Origin: Lytechinus pictus
Lineage: Eukaryota
Direction of reading: 5' to 3'
Assembly (NCBI RefSeq): GCF_037042905.1
Contig: NC_087246.1
Location: 18,600,001 to 18,664,000, forward strand
DNA: 64,000 nucleotides
Shown here: piece after piece, positions 49,987 through 62,559 of the stretch
Layout: the number at the start of each line of letters is the position of its first letter
Position numbering within the stretch: the stretch's first letter is position 1
Translations under genes and position numbers: made by a program
The notes under the pieces: generated by a model
The model's input: the letters and a program-made list of their open reading frames with translations, nothing else
Database searches by the model: none
Told to the model about the DNA's origin: nothing

Positions 49987-50819
49987 TTAAAACTAATGTG
50001 AATTGCAGTCAACTCTGCCTGATCTAGTTTATATCTGTGTTTTAACAATCTAATTGTTGCAGAGGTGGGGGGGGGGGGGGGCAGATCTAATTGTTGTAAC
50101 GAGGAGGTAAATCTACATGTGTTTAAACTACAAATCTAAAAATGTAATGCCAGTACCAGTTGTCCCTTTTGCAGTTGCTCAACTTGCACAAAGTAGATCT
50201 CTTGGAGTATACCTTTTGTATATTGATTAGGGCAGGCATCTACTGCCTTGTATATAAATGTACATGTATACCAAATAAAAAAAATGTATTTACCATAAAG
50301 AAAGTGAAAAGTTTATATTTGTATGCTTAATTTTGTGTGCATTTAGACTTTTTCATTTGTAGATAGAATAGAAGTTGTTTTAAAGCTTTATGATCAAGTT
50401 AACTTAGGATTATGGAATTAGAAATTTACTTTGAGTTCATGATCTCCCTCATAACCAGATTTGCTACAAACCTTATTAGATGATATGGAACGCAGTTATA
50501 CTGTAGAAACTGTAATTCTAGCTCTTGCTTTGTTTTTGCTGGTTTCAAAGGTCCAACATCGGTGCATACACCAGCACATGAAAGTACCAAATTTATGAAT
50601 TTCAGAATGATTTGATATATTTGAAATATTTGTTTGCTGAATTATTAGCTTTAGAGTTGGCAGATTCAGTAATGAAGTTTATTTCCAAGAGTTCAGATAT
50701 CATGATCAAGTAGGATAGAAATTAAAGGTAATTTTGAAGTCAATATGTTGGGACCAAAAATTTTATTTGACCTGGGAGAAACTTCACCTGTAAGAGGGAA
50801 TTAACATTTTACATCTTCT

Positions 50820-51249
50820 GGGGGGTGTTTCACAAAGATTGAAGTATGACTAAGAGTTGCACTTACATGTAAATGCCTAGTTGCGTGTGTTATTTAAAGC
50901 ATGACTGCAATGGTCAGATTTTGCTGAGAGAATGCACTCTACTGCGTATTAATCAATAAGATTGCACATTGCTTATCATATTCACTTCAGCATTTAAGTG
51001 CGACTCTATACTTAAATCTTTGTGAAACGCCCCCAGGGGGATGTTTCACAAAGATTTAAGTATGACTTAAGTCGCACTTAAATGCCTACGCGTACATGAT
51101 ATGGAACGCGCGATCTTATTGATAGACACGCAGTAGTGCGCATCCTCATGACACTATCTGACCAATGCTGTCAAGCCTTTCATACCGTACGCAACTCGGT
51201 ATTTAAGTGCAACTCTAATTCATAATTAAATCTTTGTGAAACACCCCCC
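50820..51249. mobile_element. Two abutting copies of one hairpin MITE
   Basis: gggg..gtttcacaaagatt...aatctttgtgaaac.ccccc twice, joined at cag near 51034. Confidence 0.8.
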
Positions 51250-52591
51250 TGGTCTCAGATTTGCTTCAGCAATCAAGGCAGTTCAAAATATTATTCAAGG
51301 TTGTTTCTCCACCAAGAGAGAGAGGGAGAGAGAATAATAGGTAAAAGCGAGGAAGGGAAGACTAACAATGGAGAAAAAGAGAAAGGAATGAAGAGAGAAA
51401 CTGCAGGACAAAGACATTCACGTATTGGAAAACATACAGAAAAAATGCTGAAATAGATGTTGGCCTATTTTCTAGATTTGAAATTAATTTACAAAGCAAT
51501 TACTTGGTCACTGAAATTGGAATGAACCAACTTTTTATTAGATTGCAGATATAGTCAAATATTTACCCAAGTTCAGGCAGTTTTTAAGAACACATGCAAA
51601 ACATCAAATTTCTTTCTAGGTTGAAAAAATTTCTTTTACCTTTTGTCAACTATAATTTTGTTCATACTACATTAATATTTGTATTCTATAGGTACACAAA
51701 GTAATATGATTTTATCTGGGTGTTTTTTTTTTCATTTCAAATCTAGCAATTTGGCCAATAAAAAGAACATCCCTTCCATCTTCTCTCCCTCCCTTCATGT
51801 GCCCCTCCCTCACTAATCCCATCTCTCTTTTTGTTTTTCACAGATACAACCTTTACCTTATACATTTGGATTTTACCCCTCCCCCACTGTCTTGGAATAG
51901 ACTTAGATAAAAACAGAAAATATTTGGAAAACATAACTTTTTATGAAGCCTGTATTTTTGATAACCTATCCCCCAAAAAAATAAAATTTCAAAAAATTTG
52001 TTAGGATCACTATTCTCACTCCCACACAAGCTCTCCTTCATACCTCACTTTAAGTTGTCAGAATGAAAATGTTGAATCATCCACAAAACCATTCCCTCTC
52101 TTTTCTTCCTCACATATTAGCATGCACACATTATCATAATAAAATCAATAACAGGTAAAAGTAATCATTCATAGATGTATGATTTTAATCATGATCAAAA
52201 CTTCAATAAAAAAAGATATAGTTGACTCTTTAAGACATGAAATTACAGAAAAATATCAAATTTGCGGCTATATGCCCTCACTCTTTAATGTACTGATATC
52301 AACTAATCAGGATGGTTTGAAAATAAGAATAGAGTTCAAACCATACAGTGACTAGTTGTTTTTATTTGAATCATTATCCAAAGTTCCTTGCCTTTCACAT
52401 GACTTTCTTTGTAATACCACTGGAAATTATAGACTACAACACTGATAATTGATTATTCTGACATTCCAATCTCACTAAAATGCAGTGACATTTAATGTGA
52501 CTAATTCTTTATGAACCTTATGAAAGTTTGAAGTTTTCTATTAATTAGACTTAGAGGTAATGTTTTTGTTTATTTTTCAAAATAAAGCCTT

Positions 52592-54408
52592 CAAAAAGAG
52601 ATCATACCATACATTATTGCACCCCTGACACATATCTTGAATCTATCCATTACAAATGGTATCGTTCCACAGAAAATGAAAATCGCCAAAGTCATACCAA
52701 TACTAAAGAAAGGTGCCTCTGATCATCTTGGTAATTATCGTCCTATTTCTCTTTTGACCTCCCTCTCTAAAATTCTCGAAAAACTAGTATATTCACGTAC
52801 AATGAAATTTTTAATATATCATAATATCTTATCTAATAATCAATTTGGCTTCAGACAGAAACACTCCACAACTCATGCATTACTTGTTTTCTTAGATAAG
52901 ATAGCCCATGCCATAGATAACATGTCTCACACTGTTGGAATTTTCCTTGACTTCTCCAAGGCCTTTGATACTATCAATCATAATATTTTACTGCATAAAT
53001 TATCCCATTATGGGATTCGAGGAAAGGCCTTGGAGTGGTTTGGAAATTATCTTTCCGACAGAAAACAATTCGTTAGTATTAATGGACAGGACTCTTACCC
53101 GAGATTAGTATCATGTGGTGTTCCACAAGGTTCCTTATTAGGCCCCCTATTGTTTATTTTGTATATTAATGATTTTCAACATTCATCTGATAATTTGTCG
53201 TTTATTCTTTTTGCAGACGATTCTAATATTTTTTTCTCCCACCGTAACCCCACCAGCCTCCTTGAAATCCTGAACGAGGAATTGAAAATGGTCCAAGCCT
53301 GGATTAATGCAAATAAGCTATCTTTAAATGTTAACAAAACTCATTATATGTTGTTCAGTAATACTATCAAATCTTTACCCGGTGATATATTGATTGCTAA
53401 CACAAATTTAACTAAAGTCGATTCCACAAAATTTCTTGGAATTTATATCGATAGCAAACTATCGTGGGAATCACATATTAATTATCTTTGTACATTAACG
53501 GCTAGAAACACAGGCATTTTAAACAAACTTAAACATGATCTACCCCAAAAAATTTTATTATCTCTTTACAATACTTTGATTTTGCCCTATCTCAATTACG
53601 GTATTCTTGCTTGGGGTAATAGCAATAAAACTCAACTACATAGGTTGTTTGTCATTCAAAAACGTGCGGTTAGAAACATAAACAATGCTGGTTTTCTTTC
53701 CCATACAAGTCGTTACTTTCATGGAAATCAACTTCTCAAAATCTCAGACTTATATAGATATAATTTAGGAATTTTTATGTTCCAGCTATCCACAAATGAA
53801 TTACCAGCCATTGTCACCTTATTATTTGTTAAACGAAATGTAATTCATTCATACGCAACTCGACAAAGTACATTTTATCATTTACCACTGACTCGAACAA
53901 CCTTTGCTCAGAAAACAATTACTTTCTCAGGACCGAAGTACTGGAACGGACTATCCAAAGACATTTCAGACTCCAATTCATTGTTTATATTCAAACGTAA
54001 ACTTAAACATACTTTTTTGAATGATTATGCAGTTCAGGCAGCAGTAGATATCTAAACCTTTCAGCAGCTCCATTTTACCTTCATACCTCCCTTTAAAACA
54101 TTACTTTCTTTCCAGGGCGTGCCACAGATGTGATTAAACCAATTGGTACATAAACTTTTGCTTTTCTTTTACCTTGTTATTTTTAATAGCTATATAGCCT
54201 TATGTCTTATCACCTCCTTCCATTGGGGCCTATAACTCACAAGCTCTGCTTTCAACTTAGGCCCCTCCATTTTTCACTGATTTAAATTCTTATTGCGTAT
54301 AACTTCTGTCTCAATAACGATTTATTTCAACTCAATATAATTATGTTATACTCATGTCAAGCATGTTAATGTCTGTATATGAATAATGGAAATAAACTAA
54401 ACTGAAAC
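52592..54408 (+). mobile_element. 5-prime-truncated CR1/L2-group (Crack/Daphne-like) LINE
   Basis: RT ORF plus 3-prime UTR with a gggcct...aggccc stem and an aataaactaaactgaaac tail. Confidence 0.9.
52637..54055 (+). CDS. LINE ORF2 reverse transcriptase fragment, no endonuclease domain
   Basis: NYRPISLL, QFGFR, LDFSKAFD, GVPQGS, FADD and KFLG motifs; 472 aa without stops. Confidence 0.9.
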   Translation: MNLSITNGIVPQKMKIAKVIPILKKGASDHLGNYRPISLLTSLSKILEKLVYSRTMKFLIYHNILSNNQFGFRQKHSTTHALLVFLDKIAHAIDNMSHTVGIFLDFSKAFDTINHNILLHKLSHYGIRGKALEWFGNYLSDRKQFVSINGQDSYPRLVSCGVPQGSLLGPLLFILYINDFQHSSDNLSFILFADDSNIFFSHRNPTSLLEILNEELKMVQAWINANKLSLNVNKTHYMLFSNTIKSLPGDILIANTNLTKVDSTKFLGIYIDSKLSWESHINYLCTLTARNTGILNKLKHDLPQKILLSLYNTLILPYLNYGILAWGNSNKTQLHRLFVIQKRAVRNINNAGFLSHTSRYFHGNQLLKISDLYRYNLGIFMFQLSTNELPAIVTLLFVKRNVIHSYATRQSTFYHLPLTRTTFAQKTITFSGPKYWNGLSKDISDSNSLFIFKRKLKHTFLNDYAVQAAVDI

Positions 54409-54724
54409 ACTTGCAAATTTAGTGTTTGCCTATCAGAAAGTAGCATTCAAAGAATACATCCTGAAAAATGTTCCCTCATTCCATTCTTGAGAAGTGGTTT
54501 TGCAGGTATTAGCCTTAACTTAAGCAAAATTTTCCAGGGGCAGATATAGCTGGATTAGACAGCCATTTCGAGGTATAACTTTCCTGATTATATTCTTCAT
54601 GATAAAACATGAACGGGACAAACACACAAAACAATAAAGATTATTTAAGCAATTGAAGTAATGGCATAACAGATTGTTAACATTTAAGTTTATGAATGTG
54701 AAATGAAGTGAGCAACTAACTGAA

Positions 54725-55397
54725 CTAAGTCTTAGACATATCAGTATCCATTTTTTTCTTCTTCTTTTTCTTCTTCCTACCAATCTCCACAGACAAGTCA
54801 TGAGCATCTGTCTTCTCAGACAGTTCTGAGGATCGTACAATTTCAGCTAGACGGTTCCCTCTTTTCACATCCTCAGTATTATCCTCATGAATTTCACTTA
54901 TATCAGCATTGTCTGTCCTTGTCCTTTCCACTTTTTCAACATTTCCATGAGAAAATTGGCCATCTCCATGCTCTCCTTGTTTGAATGCAGTCCTAGTTTT
55001 ATCAGCATGACTATTAATTGTATCCGTCTTCTTCTTTCTCTTTTTCTTCTTTTCTAAATTTGCATGAGAACATTCATCATCTCCATTTTCTGTCTGTTTG
55101 GATGCAGTCCCAGTTGTATCATCAGCATGAATTTCATTTGTGTCCATCTTTTTCTTTCCCTTTTTCTTCTTTTTAACATTTGTATCTGAAAAACCACCAT
55201 CTCCGTGCTCTGTCTGTTTGAATGCAGTCCCATTTTCAATAGGATCATCAGCTATATGGGATTCGGTGTGGTCGCTATCGCTATTCTGTCCTTGATGCTT
55301 ACGATCATAAGAAGATGATAATGCTGAGAAGCTTAAGACATCGTGTCCAGATACGGCTGCTTCAAGTAATCTCTGTTCCTGAACATCTGAATCACTG
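54725..55397 (-). CDS. CUSTOS: CUSTOS-like exon 6, terminal ((S)SDSDVQEQRLLEAAVSGHDVL... Lys-rich repeats)
   Basis: cttgtag acceptor and phase fit; EAAVS motif; continues into ORF 54725..55147. Confidence 0.85.
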
Positions 55398-57341
55398 CTA
55401 CAAGAGAAAAGAGAGAGAAATTGTCATTATTTTGATAAGAATAACAATGATGATAATGAAAAATGTTAATAAAATACTGTTATTGCTGGTGAAGACAATG
55501 GGACAAAATAAGAAATCTGAAGTGATTAGAAATTTTGGATGTATGAATCTTTCTAACAAAAAGCTTTAAAAGGTAATACATGTATTTACACTGCAGAGAA
55601 AGTAAGAGTTTGTCCTCTCACGTTCACAAAATTTATTGACATCACTGAAAGTATAAAACGTATAAAAACAGGAAATAATGGCGACTTCTTGATATGAAAA
55701 AAAATAAATCATTGGCTCATGCACTGCATAGTCATGACCTGCATGCAACCATTTCACTGGAATGAAAAATAATTGAAACTAGATGGATCGATGTCTATGC
55801 CTCTGCCATTACCAGACGAAGAATGAATTACACATCTGACTTCTGTGATCTTTAACATTGTGACCAGGAAAGGCCCCACAGTAAAAGGGAAGGAGGGCAA
55901 CCACTCCTTCATTTTTTCCAAGTAGTGAAAAAGAAAGAAAAAAAAATTGAGAAAAAGGAAAAAAAAAAGAAGAGTGTAAAAAGGGAGAGGTCTTGGCTGC
56001 ACAACTCTAATTACACCTATAATTCAATTGGAAAAATACCCAACCCCACCAAAATATTGTGGTGTCATCCCTACTTGTGACCCTAAAATCCACTCAGATT
56101 ATTCTCACTCACGTGCATATGTGGGCAAAGTATGACCTCTGTGACTTTTCACCTTTGACCTCAAAATCCAATAAATCAATTGTCATTTCAATATACAAAC
56201 ATGAGCCAAGGTTAACTTGTTTTTTCTTTAATTTTGGACCAAGATATATATGGGTCCATATTTAACAAATATCATCACAGAAGAATTACAAATACAAGGT
56301 ACATTTGGAACAGTTCTAACATTGTTTGGACTGTTCTGAAGGCAACAGGTAAGGGGTAATTATTCTAATGCCTGTGAAAAATATTTTGTGTTATAAGAAG
56401 GAAGTGATATGGATTTATTCTCAAACCATGAACTCTTATTATAACTTATGACTGGTTGCCAGTAAATCTTTGCAATAAGCCAAATATATGACCAGTCACA
56501 TGCACCCAAAAAACCTTCAGATCCAATGCGTCATCTCATAGTTATCTTTATAGGAAGGAACCCCATTTTTAAATCCCAGGGACTACTTTTGCAACTTTTA
56601 TTTTGTCAGGAACAATACCCTTCTTGAACGATAATTCATATGTTCTAATGGAATGTAAATCTCATCAATTACATTTCTCAGTCCATCGTTGCACATGTCA
56701 TCATATACTCTGAGTTTAATTTATATATATTTAATCAAGATCTGGATTTAATGGTGTTGGGGTATTACATTGTCAAGACCTACCGACATTTGCAAAATGA
56801 TCATTGGAATTGGAGCTAAGGTAAGATTATGGTCAAGTGTATTACTATTTTTCATATCTTATTCAAAACATCATTGATTATTCTCCAAGTATCTTTCGTG
56901 TATTATTCAATTAAATTTTAATTTAGAACAGTAAAACTTATTTTTCAGGTTGTAAAAGTGTCTTTAAAATATTTTATTTTGACATATTAAACACTCCAAT
57001 TAGTGTAATATAAATATATAAATGTAATTGACTCTGATTTCATCAAAGGAATGCATTCAAGAAAGAATTGGCACGAATATTAAAAAATCACTGCATAATG
57101 TGTAGAAATATGGGTCTGTCCGGTCGGTTGACCCAAATTCATTCTCCAGTCTACTTTGATTTTCAAAAGTATATTTTCTCACTAATTTGATAGATGAGGG
57201 GTATGAATTATCAAATAAACAATAAAGAGGGGAAATAAATCATACCAAAATGGATTTTGAAAAGCCTGTTTTTTAGAGCATAAACCATGATAAAACCTCT
57301 AGGAGTAAAAGATTAGAAACAATGAACTGTTATCAAGTCAC

Positions 57342-57477
57342 CTGTCATCATCATTATTGTTGTTTATTTTTTTGGTGTTACGTCCAAGCCTGGGTCTTTT
57401 TCTCTTCTTAGGAGGTTCAGGCTCACAGGGGTTGAGATCAGGTGCACAGCACGATGAAGAAAATAACCGTAATGTAT
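57342..57477 (-). CDS. CUSTOS: CUSTOS-like exon 5 ((D)TLRLFSSSCCAPDLNPCEPEPPKKRKRP...)
   Basis: LRLFSSS resembles recalled human GFRLFFTS; splice phases fit. Confidence 0.8.
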
Positions 57478-58168
57478 CTAGGCAAAATAAAAGAAAACTT
57501 GTTAATTTATTACCGCTGACAGGTAGGATTGCGGTTTGGAAAGGGCAGGGCAAGCGCAACTTATTTAGAGGAGAACTGAAGTGGTTTATTTTTAAGTGAA
57601 AAAGAATGAATATCATCATTATTAATCTAATCAAGCAATGCTCATTGAGTTATTCCAAAAGGAATAAGAAGAAAAAACTCATGGCTACATCTTAGATACC
57701 ATAATAGACTGAAAAGAAAGAAGATAAAAATTTAGTTCATGGCTTTTCATAAAGTAGATTTTTACATTTAATAAAAAATGATCTGCTATGTCTCATAAGG
57801 GTTTGTAGCATATGTCAGTACAGTGTATTGGATCAATCAAAGTTATTACATTAATAGCAGAGCCAGCGAATAATTTTCCTGGTATCGCATCGCATTGTTC
57901 CACATTTTAGAAAAACTGCTATGCATGAAGTCTTTTGTAAAGCATATTTTTACATAGGACAGTACATTACTTAGTTGAGAGCTTTTCTCTTATGACCAAA
58001 AATGCTATTAAAATTTGTAGAGCAAAATTATTCCCTGAGAGCTGTAATTTTCAGTACTGCGGCAAGGTTTCCAACTAAAATGAACAGAGAGATGATTCCA
58101 CATGGTTAATCAATCGAATTAAATCATAGCTTGCAATATAATCTTTTTCATTGAAAATATTCAATCAC

Positions 58169-58248
58169 CCTCTTCACCCTCTTCATTTCTTCTGGATTTA
58201 TCATCATCAAATATCCTCTCCTTTTTTGACTTGGTCATCTTGAGTTGT
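58169..58248 (-). CDS. CUSTOS: CUSTOS-like exon 4 ((E)QLKMTKSKKERIFDDDKSRRNEEGEE)
   Basis: Phase-consistent bridge between exons 3 and 5. Confidence 0.7.
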
Positions 58249-58346
58249 CTGTAATTGAAGCAGAATATAAAATAAAGAGAAAGAGGGAATAGAACGAGGA
58301 AGAGAGAAAGAGAAAGTGAGAAAACAGGATAAAAGAGAAGGATTAA

Positions 58347-58789
58347 AGGGGAATCCAACCTTGGCCATAAAATGATGTGTTAGGACGGAGAAAAATAAAT
58401 TAAACAGAATGGTGAAAGTTTGAAAGAAATCGGAAAAGCAATAAGAAAGTTATAGCTGCTTTAAAATCTAGTAATCTAAATATAACCCAGGTAGTATATT
58501 GTTTTATGTCCTCATGGAAGAAAAATATAATTTGAAATAAAACTTTTGGGAAAATTGATATTTTAGCCATAATATGTATTGGAGTACATGGAAGAGTAGT
58601 CCTTGCCTTACATCACATATGCGGCCAATTTGAAGTCTCCATGGGTATAGCGATTACCAATATTTACAACTTTTAAAAATTCATAACTTTCTTGTTGTTA
58701 GTCCAATATTGTTCAAACTTTCACCTATCAACTTGTCTGATTTTTCTTTTCCTTACAAAAACAAGTTTTTATTTGGGTTGGATTCCCCT
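58347..58789. mobile_element. Kolobok-like MITE
   Basis: ttaa|aggggaatccaacc ... ggttggattcccct|ttaa. Confidence 0.8.
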
Positions 58790-59361
58790 TTAATATGAAT
58801 TGTGTCAAATGTCTAGAAATCTCATATCAAATACCGAGACTTATTAAACAGTACAATCAGATTTAATATGACCCCCCGGAATTAGTGAAGGGAGAGGTCT
58901 ATTGTTGGCCTTTTGAGCGGGCATCATATATTTCTTTAATTCTTATGAGCACCTGATATTTGAGACTAACATCAGAGAGATAGCAACAGAGAAATGGCGA
59001 ATGCAAGATGTCACAGAGACTTATGGATTCTGGCAGAGACAGAAGAGCATTAATGAGCAATTCCGGATTAACAAACCAATCAGGATACTTTAGGTAATGC
59101 CAATGTGTGATGGTTATGTTGAAGTCTCAACAAATAAAAAAAATATATAATGTACAATGTAGAACATATAGAGAGAAAAAAACCCTCTGTTCTGATTCAG
59201 AAAAAAAATATCTGAAAAAAAAAAGTTTAATCAATTTTCCTTTACTCCATTCTGGTCCTTGGTCAGATCAAAGAGTTTCAGAGACACTATCATACAATGC
59301 ATCCACTGCAAGCTTGATCCACTGCAATGCTCATCAAAGTTCTGGTGTAAAAAGTACTTAC

Positions 59362-59475
59362 TCATCTAAAACACTTGATAATTTCTTGGCCAAATAGCTC
59401 CTGAATTCTGGTGTAGTTTTCACACTTTTATAATCCTCTCCAAATTGTTCAGGAGCATCGTGATAAATCATCTCC
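59362..59475 (-). CDS. CUSTOS: CUSTOS-like exon 3 ((R)EMIYHDAPEQFGEDYKSVKTTPEFRSYLAKKLSSVLD(E))
   Basis: TTPEFRxxxAKKLxxxLD is the CUSTOS/C12orf43 signature; gtaagt donor. Confidence 0.9.
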
Positions 59476-59969
59476 CTGTAAAATACAAAGAATCCAAAGT
59501 GTATATAATCTAACGAAAAGCTTATCAAGTACAGCTGTCAAAGGGAAACAAAAAATATTAATATCAAGACAATAACACTGAAAAAAACACACACATTGTT
59601 AGATTCAACACAAAAAGTTGAATTTTTCCATCATTACATTTCATCATTATCATTAGCATGACATATATATGAAATGAACTACTGTCTATAAAACAGCCTA
59701 AATTTATAGCAAAAATAATCCAAACAGAAAATTTGTTTGATAAATTTTCTTAATGTTTCTCTTTTTGTGTGTGTGTTCCAAAATCTCTATTCAATGAAGA
59801 TGTCTGTTGAAATTAATTGGAATATCCAAATCACTATTCACTGGCAGACAAATATAAAATAGTTGAATAAATATTTATTCTATTCACATTGGGGTGAGCT
59901 TCAATAATTTGTATAATAAATCTTCTTCCTAGATAATCTCCTGGACACAGTTAATGTAATTCACGTTAC

Positions 59970-60066
59970 CTGACACTTGGTTTCTTGACTTTGGATGTTA
60001 CAATCTCTCTGGCACTGGTTTTACTTCTTGCCTCGTTTGTCTCAAATATTCTGCCCTGACCTCCAT
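59970..60066 (-). CDS. CUSTOS: CUSTOS-like exon 2 ((D)GGQGRIFETNEARSKTSAREIVTSKVKKPSV(R))
   Basis: Splice phases fit; KPSVR resembles QPSLR. Confidence 0.8.
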
Positions 60067-60624
60067 CTAGAGAAAATAAAAATTTGAATTTATATGCTTG
60101 CAAACTCATGCAGGACTGTGTGAGTGATTATAAACAAACACAGAGTGCATGACAAAATGATTTGTAGAAAAAGCAGAAAAACTTCACAATAAACTTTAAA
60201 GATGAAAAAGCGAGGATTTCCCCATCAATGAAAAGCATGTGTCTCACTCTCATGCGTACAACTAGGCCTAAGTTCAGCTAGTATCATCACCACTTTCAGT
60301 TTCACAAGCTTCACCCTAGTTTCTACTTTCTGCATTGGACTTGGACGGACACAATACATTAGGTGTAACTAAGCACTGGCATTATATCTACTGGATGCTG
60401 AAATTTTTCTTTTCTCATCTAGATCTGGATCAACACTGCTGGACCAATTTGTGCTGGTGCAGCTAGCTGGCGAGATAGACAGGAATACCGGTGCAGGACA
60501 CGGATTTAAACGAGTGGGATCACACATAAATTATTACAAATTTGTTATTCGTTTAAAGTCAATTTCGCGAGGAATGTAAATAATAATTTCACAGTGATGG
60601 GTGTCATTATATAAGATTTATCAC

Positions 60625-60721
60625 CTCTACTATTATGTTCCCAAACCGCATCCATTAAACGCTGATTTTCACCCTCATCTTCTGAAGATGACGAACTCGC
60701 ATCACCCACGTGTGCAGACAT
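60625..60721 (-). CDS. CUSTOS: CUSTOS-like exon 1 (MSAHVGDASSSSSEDEGENQRLMDAVWEHNSR)
   Basis: Ser/acidic N-terminus followed by RLxxA, as in CUSTOS; aagATG start and gtgat donor. Confidence 0.8.
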
Positions 60722-60957
60722 CTTTGTAAACAAACTCCAGCTGAGCTGAAGGATGGTCCGGAGGAATTTTACAGAGAGCATGCAGCGCAGCATGCAGCAG
60801 CGGGCAGTCCAGGGTTGGTGTGGGCGATCGGGCCGTTTATGATATGTCAAGCCCACTGTCAGCACGATAAGCAAAGCTATAAAGTCAGGGGGATCTAGGA
60901 AGAGCGGGACGTGGTCTTCACTTCAGTAACGTTATTTCTAGCAGTAACTTGGCAGTG

Positions 60958-61000
60958 ATGTCGGAGTCTAATAGGAGGGTTATTCTTCGTTCGCGTCCAG
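60958..61000 (+). CDS. Probable first coding exon of a prostaglandin reductase 2-like gene (MSESNRRVILRSRP(G))
   Basis: Resembles the recalled PTGR2 N-terminus RVVLNSRPG; cag|gtaaag donor; no further exon seen in the window. Confidence 0.55.
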
Positions 61001-61339
61001 GTAAAGCCAAGGGTGTCATTGACATTGGGGGATGCGTAAAAAAGTAGCAATTGCTTTGTTTTGCAGCTACTGCCGAATTCATGAGTAAGGATTTTGCTTA
61101 AACCAATGAATATGACAATAAACTGAAAAGAGTCCCTTGACTCAAAAGCTGAACGTTGAGTGTAACCATGGTAACTTATAAACCTGTATGGCGGTAATAT
61201 TTAATCTCCAATTTTAACCCATGAAAATGATAAACAGAAACTGAGGTATTTTGATGTGCATGCACTCTAAAATATGGATAGAATTAGAATAGATTACCTA
61301 TACTCTACTCCAATACAAAGTGTGTTGCTACCTGTACCT

Positions 61340-62432
61340 GCTACATACATACAGTTCGACTTTGCAGCGGAGGCTATCTCAAAAGGATACAAAGCGTTCT
61401 TTGCTCTTGTCGGGACATCTCCCTTCAGTGCTAGAGTTGGCCAAGCTTTGGTCAACCTTCTGTGTCCCACGCATGCTATATGGCTGCGCTTGCGTGTCTT
61501 TCTCCAAGACCATGCTGAATCGCCTCGACAAAGCTCAGGTACATCTTTTCAAACGTATACTAGGGCTTCCAGTATCTGCTGCTGATGAAGGTGTGTACCT
61601 CCTGACAGACTTACTGCCCATAAGCCTTCTGGTTATGAAGGAGAAGCTTTTGCTGTTAGGACAGATCCTGAACGTTGCCCCTGACAGAGCAGAACGCAGG
61701 CTATTTCTTCATAGCATCTGTGCCAACACCCCTTCTGTTCAACAATGGCGCTCTGTTCTCAGGATGCTAAATCTTCCTTCGCTGAATGAGCTGTTGGCTA
61801 AACCTCCAACTTATAGCCTCTGGAAACGCATGGTGGTATTAGCAGTGACTGGAGCATCGGAGTCCAGGCAAAGTGAGGCTCTATCCAAGAAAGTTTCACT
61901 CTCATTATGGACCAGAAGACTAAAGCCCAAGGCTATCGACTTGTATCCTGGACATATAGCTAATCCATCCCTGAGACCAGCTATCACCATCAGAGCCCAG
62001 ATCTCTTGCAAAGTTTACCTAACCCAGGCCAGACTGGTCCGAATTGGAAAGTCTGCTGATGACATCTGTCGACTGTGCTCTGCTAATCGAGAAGATGTTG
62101 AACACTTTGTCTCATCATGTCCAGCCACTGCATCTGTGCGCCGTGACCTCATCAACCGCATGAAGTAAAATGACAATACCAGGCAATTTGCAGGCTTCTT
62201 TGAGTCAGACCCTCACTGTTTTCTAGAATGTGTTCTCTTTCTTCCCCCTGTGCACCACAGTAATGACACCAAAACCCAGCTCCACACACTTATTTTATAT
62301 TTCATTCGCAACCTTCACACAACCCGCCAAAAACTCCTCAGCAACTTCACCAGCTCTAACAACTCTTAGGAAGTGTCTACATTTTTCAACTGTTACCAGC
62401 GATCTCCGACCTTAACGGAGGAAGGATACAAG
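61340..62432 (+). mobile_element. 5-prime-truncated non-LTR retrotransposon (RTE-X-like); left boundary approximate
   Basis: ORF 61320..62168 has post-RT PRMLYG...KRILGLP and a CRLC...EDVEHFVSSCP zinc finger; terminal ctccg/cggag stem. Confidence 0.8.
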
Positions 62433-62559
62433 AGAGCTAGCTGCTTCCCATGCAGGGGGGTGGGGGGGATAGGCATGATAGGAGAGGAAGAAAACACAGA
62501 AACGGGGTGATTTTTGCGGGGTAGGCGTGGAACGCGAATAGAAAGGGGCTTCAGATTAG

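Noticed and set aside
56290-57280. Possible decayed retroelement in CUSTOS intron 5
   Set aside because: No motif could be read with confidence.
58860-59100. Possible intronic RNA or antisense exon
   Set aside because: Only short stems and a short frame; indistinguishable from chance without a search.
60722-60874. Longer CUSTOS N-terminus suggested by the ORF track
   Set aside because: It runs through the probable promoter; similarity to CUSTOS starts at the ATG at 60721.
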